Source: Octopus sinensis (lineage: Eukaryota). From it: a DNA stretch of 64,000 nt. Below the pieces are notes generated by a model. It did no database searches. It had not been told where the DNA came from and worked only from the letters and a program-made list of their open reading frames with translations. Made by a program: the position numbers and the translations under genes. Shown here piece by piece: positions 1 to 12,950 of this stretch; position 1 is the stretch's first letter; the number at the start of each line of letters is the position of its first letter. Location of the stretch: contig NC_043007.1 in NCBI RefSeq assembly GCF_006345805.1, forward strand, positions 30,938,001-31,002,000, in the 5' to 3' direction.

Positions 1-190
1 CCAATCTGATCTGGCAAAGTTTCTACAGATGGATGCCCTTCCTAATGCCAACCACTCCGAGAGTAGTGGGTGCTTGTATGTGCCACTGGCACGAGGGCTA
101 GTCAGGAGGTATTGGCATTGACCACACTCATATGGTGCCTATTACGTGCCCATGGCACAGGAGCCACTCAGGCGGCACTGGCATGATTCA
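1..190 (-). mobile_element. Family D repeat (RTE-like 3' tail), partial
   Basis: Match to the shared ...ctacagctggatgcccttcctaacgccaaccactcc... core. Confidence 0.7.
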
Positions 191-420
191 GTTGAATTAG
201 GTACTTAAGTTGAGGCACCAAGTTAGTCCAGTAAGGTCCACACAGCTCAAAGTTAGGTGAATAAAAAGCAAATAAGTAACGAGGATGTCCAGGTGTCAAT
301 GCATTGCAGCAGTTTCAAGTGGCTCCATTTAATCAATCAATGAAAACATTACATCAATTTGAAAGAAACAGCCCTCCTCAGAAGCATACAACCATAAAGA
401 TTTCCAATATAAAGGATACT

Positions 421-581
421 CCATTATTTACATTTGACGGATATTTGTCCTCATCTTGTTTGTGGTTAACACAACATTTTGGCTGATATACCTTCCAGCC
501 TTCATCAGGTACCTTGGGGAAATTTAGGAATGAGCACCTGGGTTCTCATTCCGAAGGTATTTTTCAATGTTGTTGTTGTTG

Positions 582-630
<49 letters not shown>

Positions 631-760
631 GCCCATGGGCATATGGCGTAGTGGTTAGGAGCGTGGGCTACTAACCCCAAAGTTCCAACAACAACATCAA
701 GAAATGCCTTAGGAATGAGAACCCAGGTTTGAAATTTCCCCAAGACACCTGATGAAAAGA
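421..760. mobile_element. Family E tRNA-derived SINE, head-to-head inverted pair (locus 1)
   Basis: Minus arm about 421-629 ending in (GTT)/(ATT)n. Plus arm about 637-756 with head ggcatatggcgtagtggttaggagcg. Same sequence as 42695-43153. Confidence 0.75.
468..513 (-). ncRNA. Degenerate hammerhead-like motif in family E (GAAA to AAAA)
   Basis: Minus strand ggtac-CTGATGA-a-ggctg(gaaggtatat)cagcc-AAAA-tg-TT-gtgtt. Confidence 0.45.
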
Positions 761-1262
761 GGAGGGTGGGAGGGCGGGAGGACATGGTGTTTCCCAATTC
801 TGTTGTCTTGGGTTCATTCCCATTCTGTGGCACTTTAGGCAAGTGTCTCCTACAACAGCTCCTATCAACCAAAAACCTAGTAAGTGGATTTGTTAGATGG
901 AAACTGAAAGAAGCCTGTGTGTTTGTGTATTTGCCTTGGCATTTTGTGATGGCTGTAAATGAGCACATGATGTTGTTTGCAGTCTTCCATGAAAAAATGT
1001 GTCTGGCCATGGGAAAATATAAACCTTGTTTGAAAACAAGCGAGGGTTTGTAACGGGAAGAGCACCCAGCTGTAGATTATCTGTCTCAACAAATTCCATC
1101 TGACCCATGCAAGCGTGGAAAAGTGGATATTAAATGGTGATGATGATTCTGATGATGATTCTGTTACATTTTCTTAATTCCTTTGAATTATTTACCAAAT
1201 TCTCCATGTTTTTCAAATTTTAACTTTTGATTTACTAGTCTCTTTTTTTTTTTTTTTTCTAG

Positions 1263-1439
1263 GGTGCCGGTGATGCTTTCATTGGCAGTTTTGCATATTA
1301 TCTCTCCCACCATCCCCACCTTGACCTCCGTGAGATGATTCGTCGGTCCAGTAAAATAGCCTCAGTCAGTGTCCAGAAACCTGGGACCCAGACAAGTTTC
1401 CCGAGCAGGGAAGCCCTGTCAGCTGATCTCTTTGCCTGA
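1263..1439 (+). CDS. RBKS: Ribokinase, terminal coding exon (upstream exons lie outside the window)
   Basis: Poly-T tract and AG at 1261-1262, then GAGDAFIGSFAYYLSHHPHLDLREMIRRSSKIASVSVQKPGTQTSFPSREALSADLFA-stop (TGA 1437-1439). It carries the PfkB GAGD anion-hole motif and matches the ribokinase C-terminus as recalled. Confidence 0.93.
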   Translation, partial: GAGDAFIGSFAYYLSHHPHLDLREMIRRSSKIASVSVQKPGTQTSFPSREALSADLFA

Positions 1440-1627
1440 AGAGAATCTCTTTATCACACAACGCAGTTTATATTTTTACAACCAAGAAATGTTCCTGAAA
1501 GCAATACATATTGTTTATACCAGTGGCCATCATGTGAGAATGGATTGACTAAGAAATTAGGACTGTTTTTGTTTTTTTCCTTGTTATGGCTGAAACAGGG
1601 GTGTGTTATCATGTAGCAATTTTTAAT

Positions 1628-1633
1628 AATAAA
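1628..1633 (+). terminator. Candidate polyadenylation signal of RBKS
   Basis: AATAAA about 190 nt after the stop codon, just before the next SINE. Confidence 0.55.
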
Positions 1634-1694
1634 GATGAAATACTTTCACACACACATCTGTCTCTCTACTCACAGTCAAAACAGCCCTATTGAA

Positions 1695-2272
1695 TACTTT
1701 TCTATTCTAGGCACAAGGCCCGAAATTTGGTGGGGGCAAGGCAGTTGATTAGATCGACCCCAGTGCGTAACTGGTACTTAATTTATCAACCCTGAAAGGA
1801 TGAAAGGCAAAGTCGACTTTAACAGAATTTGAACTCAGAATGTAAAGACAGACAAAATACCTATTTCTTTACTACCCACATGGGGTTAAACACAGTGAGT
1901 ACAAACAAGGTCAAACAGATTAAGTCGATTATATCGATTCCAGTGTGTAACTGGTACTTATTTAATTGACCCTGAAAGGATGAAAAGCAAAGTCGACCTC
2001 AGTGTAATTTGAACTCAGAACATAGCAGCAGACGAAATACCTATTTCTTTACTACCCATAAGGGGCTAAACACAGAGAGGACAAACAAGGACAGACAAAC
2101 AGGTTAAGTCGATTACATCGACCCCAGTGCATAACTGGTACTTATTTAATCGACCCCGAAAGGATGAAAGGCAAAGTCGACCTCGGCGGAATTTGTACTC
2201 AGAATGTAAAGACAGATGAAATACCGCTAAGCATTTCGCCCGGTGTGCTAACGATTCTGCCAGCTCCCCGCC
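1695..2272 (-). mobile_element. Family B tRNA-derived SINE with a triplicated internal module
   Basis: One head (gagctggcagaatcgttagc) followed by three copies of ttctgagttcaaatt...gcctttcatcctttc...agtaccag joined by a constant linker. Confidence 0.85.
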
Positions 2273-3197
2273 TCAGCCCTATTGAATATTGCCAATTAAA
2301 TGACCTTACTTAAAGTCCTCCTTCCTCTCGCTTCCTTATTTTTTTCTTCTTTTTTCTTTCTTCTAATCCTTATTTCTCTCTACATTTTTATTCTCCTCAC
2401 CTACTTTCCTCCCTACACATTCTAATTGAATCTTCCATGCGGAAACATGTACCTCCTTGCGACAATCTAAACTTTCATTTAATCAAGATATCCTTGGCCT
2501 GAAGAGTATCCTGTGGTATACACCTCACTTGGATATTTACCATATCCAAGGTTCCGCCTGCTATGAAACATAAGTAGCCTGGATCCTACCAGCTCCATTC
2601 CTTAACTCTTGTAGTCTTATTCACACACCCAGCAACCCTGTTCGCCTACCATGAAATATGAAAAGAGCTTTTTTCAGTTTATCCTTCTTCAATACAAAAA
2701 AAAATCCATACCCTTCCGACTCAATAAATTAATATTGTCCCCTGAAAGCTGTTTTTTTTTAATATTCACTATGGATTGCTTGAAGCTAACTTTCTTCCTA
2801 CACCTTGATCCCTGGGTCTTACATTTATGGGGTGGGGTATGTAATCTGTGGATGTCCCTGTTGCTAGTTGTTAGGTCAAGTTTACTTGACCTAACTTGCT
2901 AGTTGTTAGGTCAAGTGCTTTCAGATCAAAGATCCTTCCTTTAGACATTCTTTCAATTTGCTTTATGCAATGGTTATTGTTGTTGTTGTTGTTGTTGTTA
3001 AGCAACAAGACGGGTAAGGGTGATTAGGTGATGGCTTAGGGGCGGTAGACCCCAGACCTTGGAAAAAAAACAAAAACTTTGGTCGTCTTGTTGTAGTCGA
3101 GGGCTCTTCATTGACGCCCGACACCACTGGGAGGTGGCCCTCGAAGTCGCTGGAAATGGAGATCTCCAGGTCCAAATTCTTGAATAGCTGCTGCTGG

Positions 3198-3670
3198 TTA
3201 AAGGCTCAGAAAGTAGCAGATGAAATTGCAGCCGTCAAGCTCATTCCGGTGGTTAAGGTTGGGTGCTTTCTTTATAATGAAGTATTCCTCCGTCATTCTG
3301 AGGTTGACTGTATTTGCCCCACCCTGCTTGCCAGTATATGGGTGGAGATTTCTCCACCACACTAGACTATGGCATTGGACGGTGTGGTCTTGTGGATGTG
3401 TTCCTTTACTCTGATGTGAAGGTATCTTTTTGTCGATTCTATGTACGTCCCGTTGCAAGAACACATCACTTTGAACACTACGTGAGATTCAAAGCAGAGC
3501 TGGACGCTGTCCATTGACTGTCCTTGCATTGATTGGACATTAATTCAATGTATTGTTTGTGTAAGAGAGGTAGTGTCTAAGGATATGGCCTCGTCTTGTG
3601 ATTCTGAAGGAGAGACCAGATCTTTTGATGGTGTTCTTTGATCGCTAGTCTCTCTCCATAATATAGAAGG
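3198..3670 (-). mobile_element. Penelope-like element relic, GIY-YIG endonuclease region
   Basis: Minus-frame HVVFKVMCSCNGTYIESTKRYLHIRVKEH and, after a frameshift, EEYFIIKKAPNLNHRNEL. Confidence 0.7.
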
Positions 3671-3864
3671 TTAACATATATCATTCATTATTTCGCTGTT
3701 TCACTCTTTCTTTCTTTCTTTCCATCTTTGCTGATGTTATTGTTGTTGGCACTGGAACTGATTACAGTGTCCAACTGGTATTTATTTTATTGATTCCTAA
3801 AAGACGAAAGGCAGAGTCGACTGGTGGCACTTGAACCCCGAACGTAAAGACGGAAGAAATGTCG

Positions 3865-4200
3865 TTATTATTGTACACAATGTTCAGGTGCGCACTGCAA
3901 CTCGTTAGAAAATGTTAAAAGAGGGAACAGAGTGCAGACATATCAATCTACGAAAGAAAGCTAAAAGTGCATGTATAGTACGCAGAATTAAGTCAGTAAA
4001 TGGAACTGTGAAAATATAACAAAACGGCAAGAGCTGCGTCGGGAGTAGTGTTGGGGAATTAAAAGAAGCGTGGAATTTTTTAAAGGATATTCTGTCCTGA
4101 AAGCTAACGACTGATGTGGGTAATTCCATGCTTCGACGGTCCCGATTGTGAAAAATAAAATGTTTCCAGAAGTCATGGGAACTGTGCTATTTTATAATAG
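3865..4200 (-). mobile_element. CR1-like LINE 3' end
   Basis: Homologous to 13664-14140; ends in cacctgaacattgtgtacaataataa. Confidence 0.6.
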
Positions 4201-4509
4201 AACCGTTTATGATATGGGTGTATGTGTTAATAGGCTATTGTATTTATTTAACTATTAAAAAGAGGCGAGTATATATACGAATGCGTTGACTTATTCCTCT
4301 AGGTGTGTGGATGTCTATATAAAATCTCTCCCGTAAACCTTAGCCACAAGTTTTCGGTTTATAAACGAAGGGAGATCACTCCAATCTAAATGTTTTCCTG
4401 GAATGTTCTTTCCTGGAATTGAGAAGAATAAAGATTTTTAGAAATAAATCGACGGAAATACAGAATAATATTTGGAGAAGACAATGGAAGACATATGTGT
4501 TCATATTCT

Positions 4510-4902
4510 TTCCTTTTATTCTTTTTATTTGTTTTAGTCATTTGGCTGCGGCCATGCTGGAGCACCGCCTTTAGTCGAATAAATCGACCCCAGGACTTAT
4601 TCTTTGTAAGCCTAGTACTTATTCTATCGGACCTCTGTTGCCGATCCGCTAAGTTACAGGGACGTAAACACACCAGCACCGGTTGTCAAGTGATGTTGGG
4701 GGACAAACACAGACACACACACACATACATACATATATACGACAGGCTTCTTTCAGTTTCCATCTACCGAATCCACTCACAAGGCTTTGGTCGGCCTGAG
4801 GCTATAGCAGAAGACACTTGCCCAAGATGCCACACAATGGAACCGAACCAGGAACCATGTGGTTGGGAAGCAAGCTACTTACCACACTGCCACTCCTGCG
4901 CC
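4510..4902 (-). mobile_element. Family A tRNA-derived SINE (CORE-like) with internal microsatellite
   Basis: Head ggagtggcagtgtggtaagtagcttgc, ttgggcaagtgtcttc core, (TA/TG)n, tail ...gctccagcatggccgcag. Confidence 0.85.
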
Positions 4903-5123
4903 TATATATATATGTATGGCCGTGTGGTAAGACGTTTGCTTTCCAACTACATGGTTCCTGGTTCAGTCTCACTGCATGACTATTTGGGCGAAGTTGATGC
5001 CACGCAAAAAGAACCCAGTAAAGAGATTGGCATTAGGGAGGGCATCCAGCTGTAGAAACCCTGCGAAAGAAGGCAATGGTGTCTGGCACAGTCTTATTTT
5101 AGCACACCGGGCGAAATGCTTAG

Positions 5124-5137
5124 CGGTATTTTGTATG

Positions 5138-5225
<88 letters not shown>

Positions 5226-5280
5226 CCTTAAAATCCTTTAAAATGTTTTAGCCCGATGGCCGCGGCCATGCTTGGACACC

Positions 5281-5318
<38 letters not shown>

Positions 5319-5340
5319 TTGTGTATATATGTGTGTGTGT
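5124..5340. repeat. (TA)n/(TG)n microsatellite cluster
   Basis: Long TA and TG runs. Confidence 0.9.
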
Positions 5341-5823
5341 ATTTGTGTCTGGCTTTGTGTTTGCTCCCCCATCACCACCACCCCTTGACAACGGGTGTTG
5401 GTGTGTTTACGTCCCCGTAACTCAGGCAAAGTATCCGATAGATTAAGTAACAGGCTTTAAAGTAAGTACAATTGTCGATTCGCTCGACTAAATTTCTTCA
5501 AGGCGGTGCTCCCGCATGGCCGCGGGCTAATGACGGAAACGCTAGCGCGCGCGCAATATCTGTGTATTTGTGTGTATGTATGTACCTGTGTGTGTGTGTG
5601 TGTGTGTGTGTCTCTACGAGAGAGAGGATGCGTAAATTCGAATTGAAGGGAGATAATCACGTTTGACTTATGAAAGGAAAATCCGTCGTCGTTCATTTTC
5701 AGTTTCTTTGACGTTCGTTGATGAGTTCAGAAGTGTTTCATTAGCGGTCGGTACTTGTCCCTAATTTCTCTCTGTCTCTCTGCTTAATCCCTTAATCTCT
5801 CAGCACCTCTTCCATCCGTCTCC

Positions 5824-5949
5824 ATGGCAGTATCTACCAAAGCCCCGTTGCTAATCCGTTTGATGTCAGCCTCCGTCACTGCTTCCCTCAGGGCTGGAAC
5901 CACAATTCGAGACATCCTGAAAACCGGCGATCTTCGCATCAAGGACAAA
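5824..5949 (+). CDS. BPNT1: 3'(2'),5'-bisphosphate nucleotidase 1, exon 1
   Basis: ccATGg start; MAVSTKAPLLIRLMSASVTASLRAGTTIRDILKTGDLRIKDK; donor GTAAGT at 5950, phase 0. Confidence 0.9.
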
Positions 5950-6497
5950 GTAAGTCGCATTCTTCCTTCGTCTTATTTAACATATTTGTGACACGGGGCA
6001 GCAGTAACGGAATATGATTTGCCGTATTTGTTCCGGGTTCAAATCCCACCAACGGCGACTTTCTTTCGTCTTTACAGGGGTCGATGCAGTTTAGACCAAG
6101 GCCCTTCCCCTCTAATTCAAAGCTCATGTACCCCTATTAATATTGCTCTTCCTAGTCTCACCTTTTCGTCTTCCTTGTCACAAATTGTTGACAAAAGTAA
6201 ATTTTTATCACAGTTCGCCATTTTATCAATATTTTCTCCAACAGAATAAAAATAAAAATAATAATAATAATGATAATGAAAATAATAATTCTAGTCCAAT
6301 TAATATTTCTTTTAAATGAAAATTTATGCGGCGAAACTTTGCTGTACATTGCAATAAAACATTCCCGAATTAAATTTAGAATTATTGGGAGAAAAATAAT
6401 TGGAAAATATTAAAATATTTTCCGCGCGAACCGGTCTTTTGTAGGTTTTGTTGACATATCTAAGAGTGGGTGTATAGGGATTTGACGGGGGGGGGGG

Positions 6498-6725
6498 TGT
6501 ATATTAGAAGTATGTATGTGTGCCTGTATGTATATGCGTGTGCGTTTGTATATATGTGTGTGCGTTTGTATGTGTTTGTGCATATACATACGTGTGTGCT
6601 CGCGTTTGTATATATATATGTGTGCGTGTGTATGCGTTTGTATGTATATGTGTGTTTGTACGTATACATGCGTATGTGTGTATTTGCGTAAGTTTGTGTG
6701 TACGTATCAGTGTGTGTGTGTACGT
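6498..6725. repeat. Degenerate TG/TA compound microsatellite
   Basis: tgtgtgcgtttgtatat-type units; source of several spurious ORFs. Confidence 0.85.
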
Positions 6726-8129
6726 GTTGCTGCTAATTTCTGATAATGATTACATAAATGCGACCCTGCAAACACGAAGATTAAACCAGCGATATTATTA
6801 TTATATGTTGCGTTGGGAAAGCATGAAGCTCGCACAATCACCATTTACTGACGAGTGAAACTGAAGTGATGAAGTGACATTTAGTTTCATCCGTAAATCC
6901 TGTTTCATATTTTTTCCTCCTGATAACCAAGTGAACGAGAGAGAGAAGAGTCCGATACATTTTCTCTCGTTTTTAGTTTGTCGGTTCATCCATATCAACT
7001 AATGTATTCGAATGAAACACCAGGCATAACTGCAGAATTGGGCCCCATCGACTTTATTTTCTCATAACTTTCTTTGATTTGGATGCTTCGTAATGAAATT
7101 TTCTAAATACATACGACACGCACTTTTACGTCAGCCATGACCAAGGGCAGCACTTTCCTCGGCCGCAAGAAAAACGATGCCATCTCTATCCTTTCTAGTC
7201 AGCACCGTGCATTCCTTACTCTTTCACTCTCTAATGACAGACAATCTTTTTCTACACTATCACTAGAATTGCTACTGACTCTTTAACAACCTGTCGGGCA
7301 AACGAATAAACATGCGTAAATAATATTTCTTCCTTCTTGGTGTTGATTCTTCGATGTTTACTGGTTTCTCCGACGCAAGAACCTTGAAGCGTTACATCTA
7401 CACGCTACACATTCGTTTCAGATTATCTAAATTACGAATATATCGAAATTGTGAAAATCTTTTTCTCTCTCTTTGAAACAAACTCAAAAGTAGCCATTCC
7501 ACTATGTGGTCGTTTAGTTTGCTAGAAATAGCAGGGTTCAGTCTAAGGCTTATAGCATTCCAAACAGCCATACCAATAAATCCATCTCTGATATTTCTTT
7601 TTCAAATTATGCCAATATCTCTGGAAGTTACCATTTTATTAAAAAAAAATATTTAACATTCTAGAAGGAAAGGGTAGAATAGTTCTTAAGAGTAGCCTTT
7701 TTTTTTTTTTTTTACCAACATAGCTGTAATCAACATCAGCAAAATGCATGAGGAAACAAAGTCAAATATTAATACTAGTTTTTTTTTTCACATTAAATTC
7801 CAATATAATCTTAATCCACTCCATTTCAAAATTATTTGTAGAAAATTTTATTAGTAAATATCAATTTTTCAGATGTTATGATGAAACAAAATCCGTGAGT
7901 TAGTGGCACTCTTCTGCAGTTATGCCTATGTGTGTATGTATATATATATATAATAAGAGCACACAGGAAATAGATGTTTTGAAATATCTAGGAGACTTCC
8001 TAGAGGTAGTAGATAATTTCTGTTATCTAGGTGACCTCATTAGCAGTGGGGGTGGACGCTCTGAAATTGTAGTTTGCTAAAATAGGAATTGGCTGGAGAA
8101 AGTTCAGAGAAGTTTAGCTTCTATTGGTG

Positions 8130-8570
8130 ACAAAAGGCCTTTCCACAGAAAGAACGGTAGATTGTATGATGTACACACAGCAATGCTACATGGCCGTGGA
8201 ACATGGGACTGGGAATGTAGAGAGCATACAAAGACTTGAAACAAATGTTCCAACAGATGTGCAGTATTAGTAAGCATGCACAACAAAGTGCTTTAAAGAA
8301 AAATTGGGCATAAAAGGCATCATTTGTGGTGTGCAAGGAAGAAGACTGTGGTGGTCATGTGATGTGATTGGATGAGGAAAGCTGTGTAAAGAAATGCCAT
8401 TCACTAAAAGAGGAAGGAACATGTAGAAGAGGTAGTCTTAGGAAGACGTAGGACAATGTGGTGAAGACTGACCTCAAGATGTTGAGCCTCTCAGAGGAGA
8501 TGGCAGGATTGGGGTGAGATGAATGGCTTATGCCGTACCTGGTAAGACTCATCCATCTCAGCAGAAGTGA
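8130..8570 (+). mobile_element. RTE-clade LINE 3' fragment (decayed)
   Basis: Frameshifted KGL..GRLYD, EKLGIKGIICGVQGRRL, DEESCVKKCHSL, RKT.D.VVKTDLKML; homologous to 48230-48710. Confidence 0.75.
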
Positions 8571-8869
8571 GGCTCATTTCTGACCCCTGCTCTTCCATGC
8601 TCCCCTATTTTCTTCACTTCCGTTTACTCTCAACTGATATCCCCAACATCCGTCTCATTTCTTATCTCTAATCATTTGCTGATTGTTAATGAGAAAAATA
8701 TAAATTTTATCCTAAGTCTAACTGGGACTCCACTTCACCTTTATTACAGCCTCTCATCGTTCCGATTGCAGAGATATTCCCATATCACTGTTTCTTTATT
8801 TACAGAATGTCTATCAACAGCTCCTTGATTTACATTTAATCATTTCCTCTTCGTCAATAAGTTCACAGT

Positions 8870-9260
8870 TTATTTTTTATCTTCAGTCATTTGACTGTGG
8901 CCATGCTGGGGCATTGCCTCGAAGTGTTTTTAATCAGATAGATCAACCCCTGGGACTTGTTTCTTCTATGTTTGAAAGTTTGCTACTTGTTCCATCCGTC
9001 TCTTTTGGTAAACCACTACAGGGACATAAACAAACTAACCCCAGTCAACTGGGGGGGGGGTGCAAAACCCACACACACACACGCATACACACGCACAGAT
9101 ATATATTATGGGCTTCCATGTACTCTCAACTAATTCCTCTCACAAGGCTTTGGTTGGCCCAAGACAAAAAGAAACTTGCTTAAGGTGCCATGCTGTGGGG
9201 TTGAACCTTATATCAGGTGGTTGCAAAACAAGCATCTTAACCATAAAGCCATACCTGTGG
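8870..9260 (-). mobile_element. Family A SINE (diverged)
   Basis: Tail, microsatellite and head in the same order as 4510-4902. Confidence 0.7.
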
Positions 9261-9465
9261 CTACTGTCTCCAAAGAAGGACCCTTGTCTTTATTTAGATA
9301 TACAGCTGGGAGCTTATGAACTGAGAATAAAAGAGAGGAAAAGAGGGAGGGAGGGAGAGAGAGAGAGAGAGAGAGAGAGCTGTGATTGTGCTTCATAAAT
9401 ATCAAGTGTTGAAAATATAGTTTATTTTATAAACTCTGTTATCTGTGTGTATGTGTGTGTGTGTG

Positions 9466-9503
<38 letters not shown>

Positions 9504-9629
9504 ATAAATGCCAAAACGAATTTCTGCGTGTCAGTGGGTCACGCTTTGACCCCCTCTCTCACTATTCAATGACACTTCTACTATTCCTCCTGCTGGGGTG
9601 AGAGTAATAATAGGCATAGAGATGGTGTG

Positions 9630-9935
9630 GGTGGTAGTAGATTGACGGTTGTTAGTGGATTTGGCAGATGGAAATTGGAAGCAGCCCGTCGTATATGTAT
9701 ATATATATATATATATGTGTGCATATATATTTGTGTGTCTGTGCTTGTCCCGCCAACATCGCTTGACAAGTGATGCTGGTGTGTTTACGTCCCCATAACT
9801 TAGCGGTTCGGCAAAAGAGATCCAATAGAATAAGTACTAGGCTTACAAAGAATAAGTCCTGAGGTCGATTTGCTCGACTAAAGGTGGTGCTCCAGCATGG
9901 CTGCAGCGAAATGTCTGAAACAATTAAAAGAATAA
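9630..9935 (+). mobile_element. Family A SINE, 5'-truncated
   Basis: gatttggcagatggaaa...cttacaaagaataagtcc...ctccagcatgg. Confidence 0.8.
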
Positions 9936-10454
9936 GATATTCTACTTTAAGAAAATTGTAATGAATGTGATGACCACCAGTTGCCCAATCAGAATTCTTG
10001 CATAAAAAAAAACTGTGACCCCAAAACCTTCTTTATCTTGTACAATGTTATCTAGAACAAAAATTAAAGATATTTATAAATCTTCTTATCAAAGATTATT
10101 TAAAACAAATTCAAATTTGTCGACTTAATGTGACAGTCCCATGAAAGGGAAGAATGCTGCTGTTATTTAGCCCTAGGAACCACCATTTCCTGTGTCCTTA
10201 AGTTTTCAAATAATAGTAGCATTCTTCCCTTTCATGGGACTCTCACATTAAGTTGACAACATACCATCACTTTATCGTGCTGCTACTGCATAAATCCGTC
10301 TCAGAGATTTAGAAATGTATTAATTTCTAAATTCATATTTGTTGAATTAGATTTCTAGTGTATAGGTATATTCTTTCGATGCAGGTATGGCTCTGTGGTT
10401 TGGATTATGGCAAGTAAAAGAATATGGTGATGAAAAGTTAAGAAAAAGAATGTG

Positions 10455-11010
10455 GAGTGGCTGTGTGGTAAGGGGCTTGCATACCAACCACATGGTTCCG
10501 GGTTCAGTCTCACTGCGGGTCAGATTGGGCAAGAGTCTTCTACTATACCCTCGGGCTGACCAAAGCCTTGTGAGTGGATTTGGTAGATGGAAACTGAAAG
10601 AAGCTCGTTGTATATATTTACATATATCTATGTGTGTGTGTGTGTGTGTGTTTGTGTGTCTGTCTGTTTGTCCCTCCTCCCATCATCGCTTGACAGCCAA
10701 TGTTGGTATGTTTATGTCCTCCATAACTTAGCATATATATATATATAACTCATATATAGATAGATATATATTTATATATATTTGTGTGTGTGTTTTTGTG
10801 TCTATGCTTGTCCCCACCACACCCACACCCATCACTTGACAACCGATGTTGGTGTGTTTACGGCCCTGTAACTTAGCAGTTTGGCAAAAGAGACTGATAG
10901 AATAAGTGCCAAGCTTACAAAGAATAAGTGCTGGGGTTGATTTCTTTGACTAAAAGGCAGTGCTCTAGTATGGCCACAGTCAAGTGACTGAAACAAGTAA
11001 AAGAATAAAA
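10455..11010 (+). mobile_element. Family A SINE with a duplicated middle segment
   Basis: Full head; the cttgacaacc...ataacttagc segment occurs twice, separated by (TA)n. Confidence 0.8.
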
Positions 11011-11035
11011 GAATATATATATATATATATAATTG

Positions 11036-11275
11036 CAGCGCGGAAGGTGTTTATAAGCCATTTGAGATGCAGCACGAAGTTTTGTCAGTGAAAAAGGTTG
11101 CGGTCTGAAAGCAATGAAAATATTTTGACAAATTAAATTTAAATGTTGAAGTGAATCTAACGGTTTTTGTGTGTTTCTTAAATGGCTTATAAGCACCTTC
11201 CGCACTGCATTTGTTTTCATTCCAGCACACAATCTCTGATCAGGTCACTTGCTATGCAAGTACATCTCCGTAATA
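11036..11275. mobile_element. Short non-autonomous element with about 30-bp inverted repeats and a terminal hairpin (Helentron/MITE-like)
   Basis: gcagcgcggaaggtgtttataagccattt ... aaatggcttataagcaccttccgcactgc, then acttgc-tat-gcaagt; second copy at 53723-54482. Confidence 0.6.
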
Positions 11276-12580
11276 TACATATATAATTTTATAAAGAAAA
11301 AATCTCGCTCAAGGTGCCATGCAATGGAAGTAAATCCAGAACCCAGCCACTCCTACACCTATGATATCAACATCAAATGATTTGTCATTCATTCTAATTA
11401 GGTTATCAAACGTAAATACAAAAGTTCGTTAATGTGAAATAAGACCCAATCAGGTATTTGATTCTGCAGTCTTTCTTTGCTCTGCTTCAAGTCTCTTTCT
11501 TCCAATATGTCTTCCTGTCAAACACAGACCTGACTTCACTGCAAGCTATTCACTGGCTTTTATTGATCCGTTCCAATGGAATAATTGGAAATTCTTCAGA
11601 GCGCTGCCACTCGTACGTAAAAAGCGAAAGAAAAAAAATGTCATAGCATGGCTGTCTGCTCTTTTAAATAGACTGTGTGTGTGTGTGTATGCGTGCTTGA
11701 GTATGTCTTTGTAAATGTGTGTGTATGTACGTGTGTGTGTGATGTTCATGTGTCTGTATGCTCGTGTGTATGTGTGTGTGATTGTTTCTGTGTGTTTTAT
11801 GCTTATGTTTATATATATATATGTGTGTGCTTTATTTTGTTTCTGTGTGTGTTTGTATGTGTATGCTTGAGTGTGTGTATGTGTGTGTATGCATGCAAGT
11901 ATGGTAATTGATAAAGAATCTCTGGTTCTTACACCTTATCCAAGATATCATACCATCCTACCAAACACACAACAAAACTATGGCAGAGAAAGAGAGAGAG
12001 AGAGAAAGAGAGACTGGAATCTAAGATTCTAAAGATCTCAAAGAGGTCCAGCTGACGTCAATGACCCAACTGAATATCTTTGTGTGTGTGTGGATGTATT
12101 GGCACGTACATAGTTGGATGTTTATGTGTGTGTCTATGTTACTAGATGTATGCATCTTAAACATATATGTGGGAATGAGTGTGTTGGTATAGTATCACCA
12201 TCACAATCGTTCTCATAAACACTTTTCCAGGCCTGCTTGTATTAGACAACTCTATGTGTGTATGGATATATATATATTGGATCATCCCATAAATAATACT
12301 GTCTCCATTGTCCTGTTTTTGTCCCCAACTTTGACCTTCCATAAATCCTAAATTTTATTTTAGAATTTATGGCAGCAACTGTCTTTGAAGACTCATATTG
12401 TCGTTCAATGCTCGAAATGAGGAGTAGACAGACAGCCAACAACTGATGAAGGGTCCCTTCTCTGTGTCTACTTGCCCTATTTTCCATTTTTTTTCTCTTG
12501 TTTTTCGTATTTAACTTGTGTACGTATTCCATGTTGTTTACACCGTTAGTGATGTCCTGTACCCATATATACATGTGTGT

Positions 12581-12950
12581 ATCATCATCATCATCATTTA
12601 ATGTCCGCTTTCCATACTAGCATGGGTTGGACGATTTGACTGTGGCTTGGCGAACCAGACTCCAATTTGATCTGGCAGAGTTTCTACAGCTGGATGCCCT
12701 TCCTAACGCCAACCACTCCGAGAGTGTAGTGGGTGCTTTTGCGTGCCACCAGCATGAGGGCCAGTTTCGTGGTACTGGCAACGGCCACGTCCAAATGGTG
12801 CTTTTCACATGCCACCTGCACAGGAGCCAGTCCAGTGGCACTGGCGACGACCTCGCTTGAATGTTTCATGTGCCACCAGCACAAGTGCTAGTAAGGTGAC
12901 ACAGTAACGATCACGCTCGAATGGTGTGCTTAAACGTGCTCTGGCAACGA
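12581..12950 (-). mobile_element. Family D repeat
   Basis: (CAT)n-tttaatgtccg...catgggttggacg...gatgcccttcctaacgccaacc, plus gtggcac subrepeats. Confidence 0.85.
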
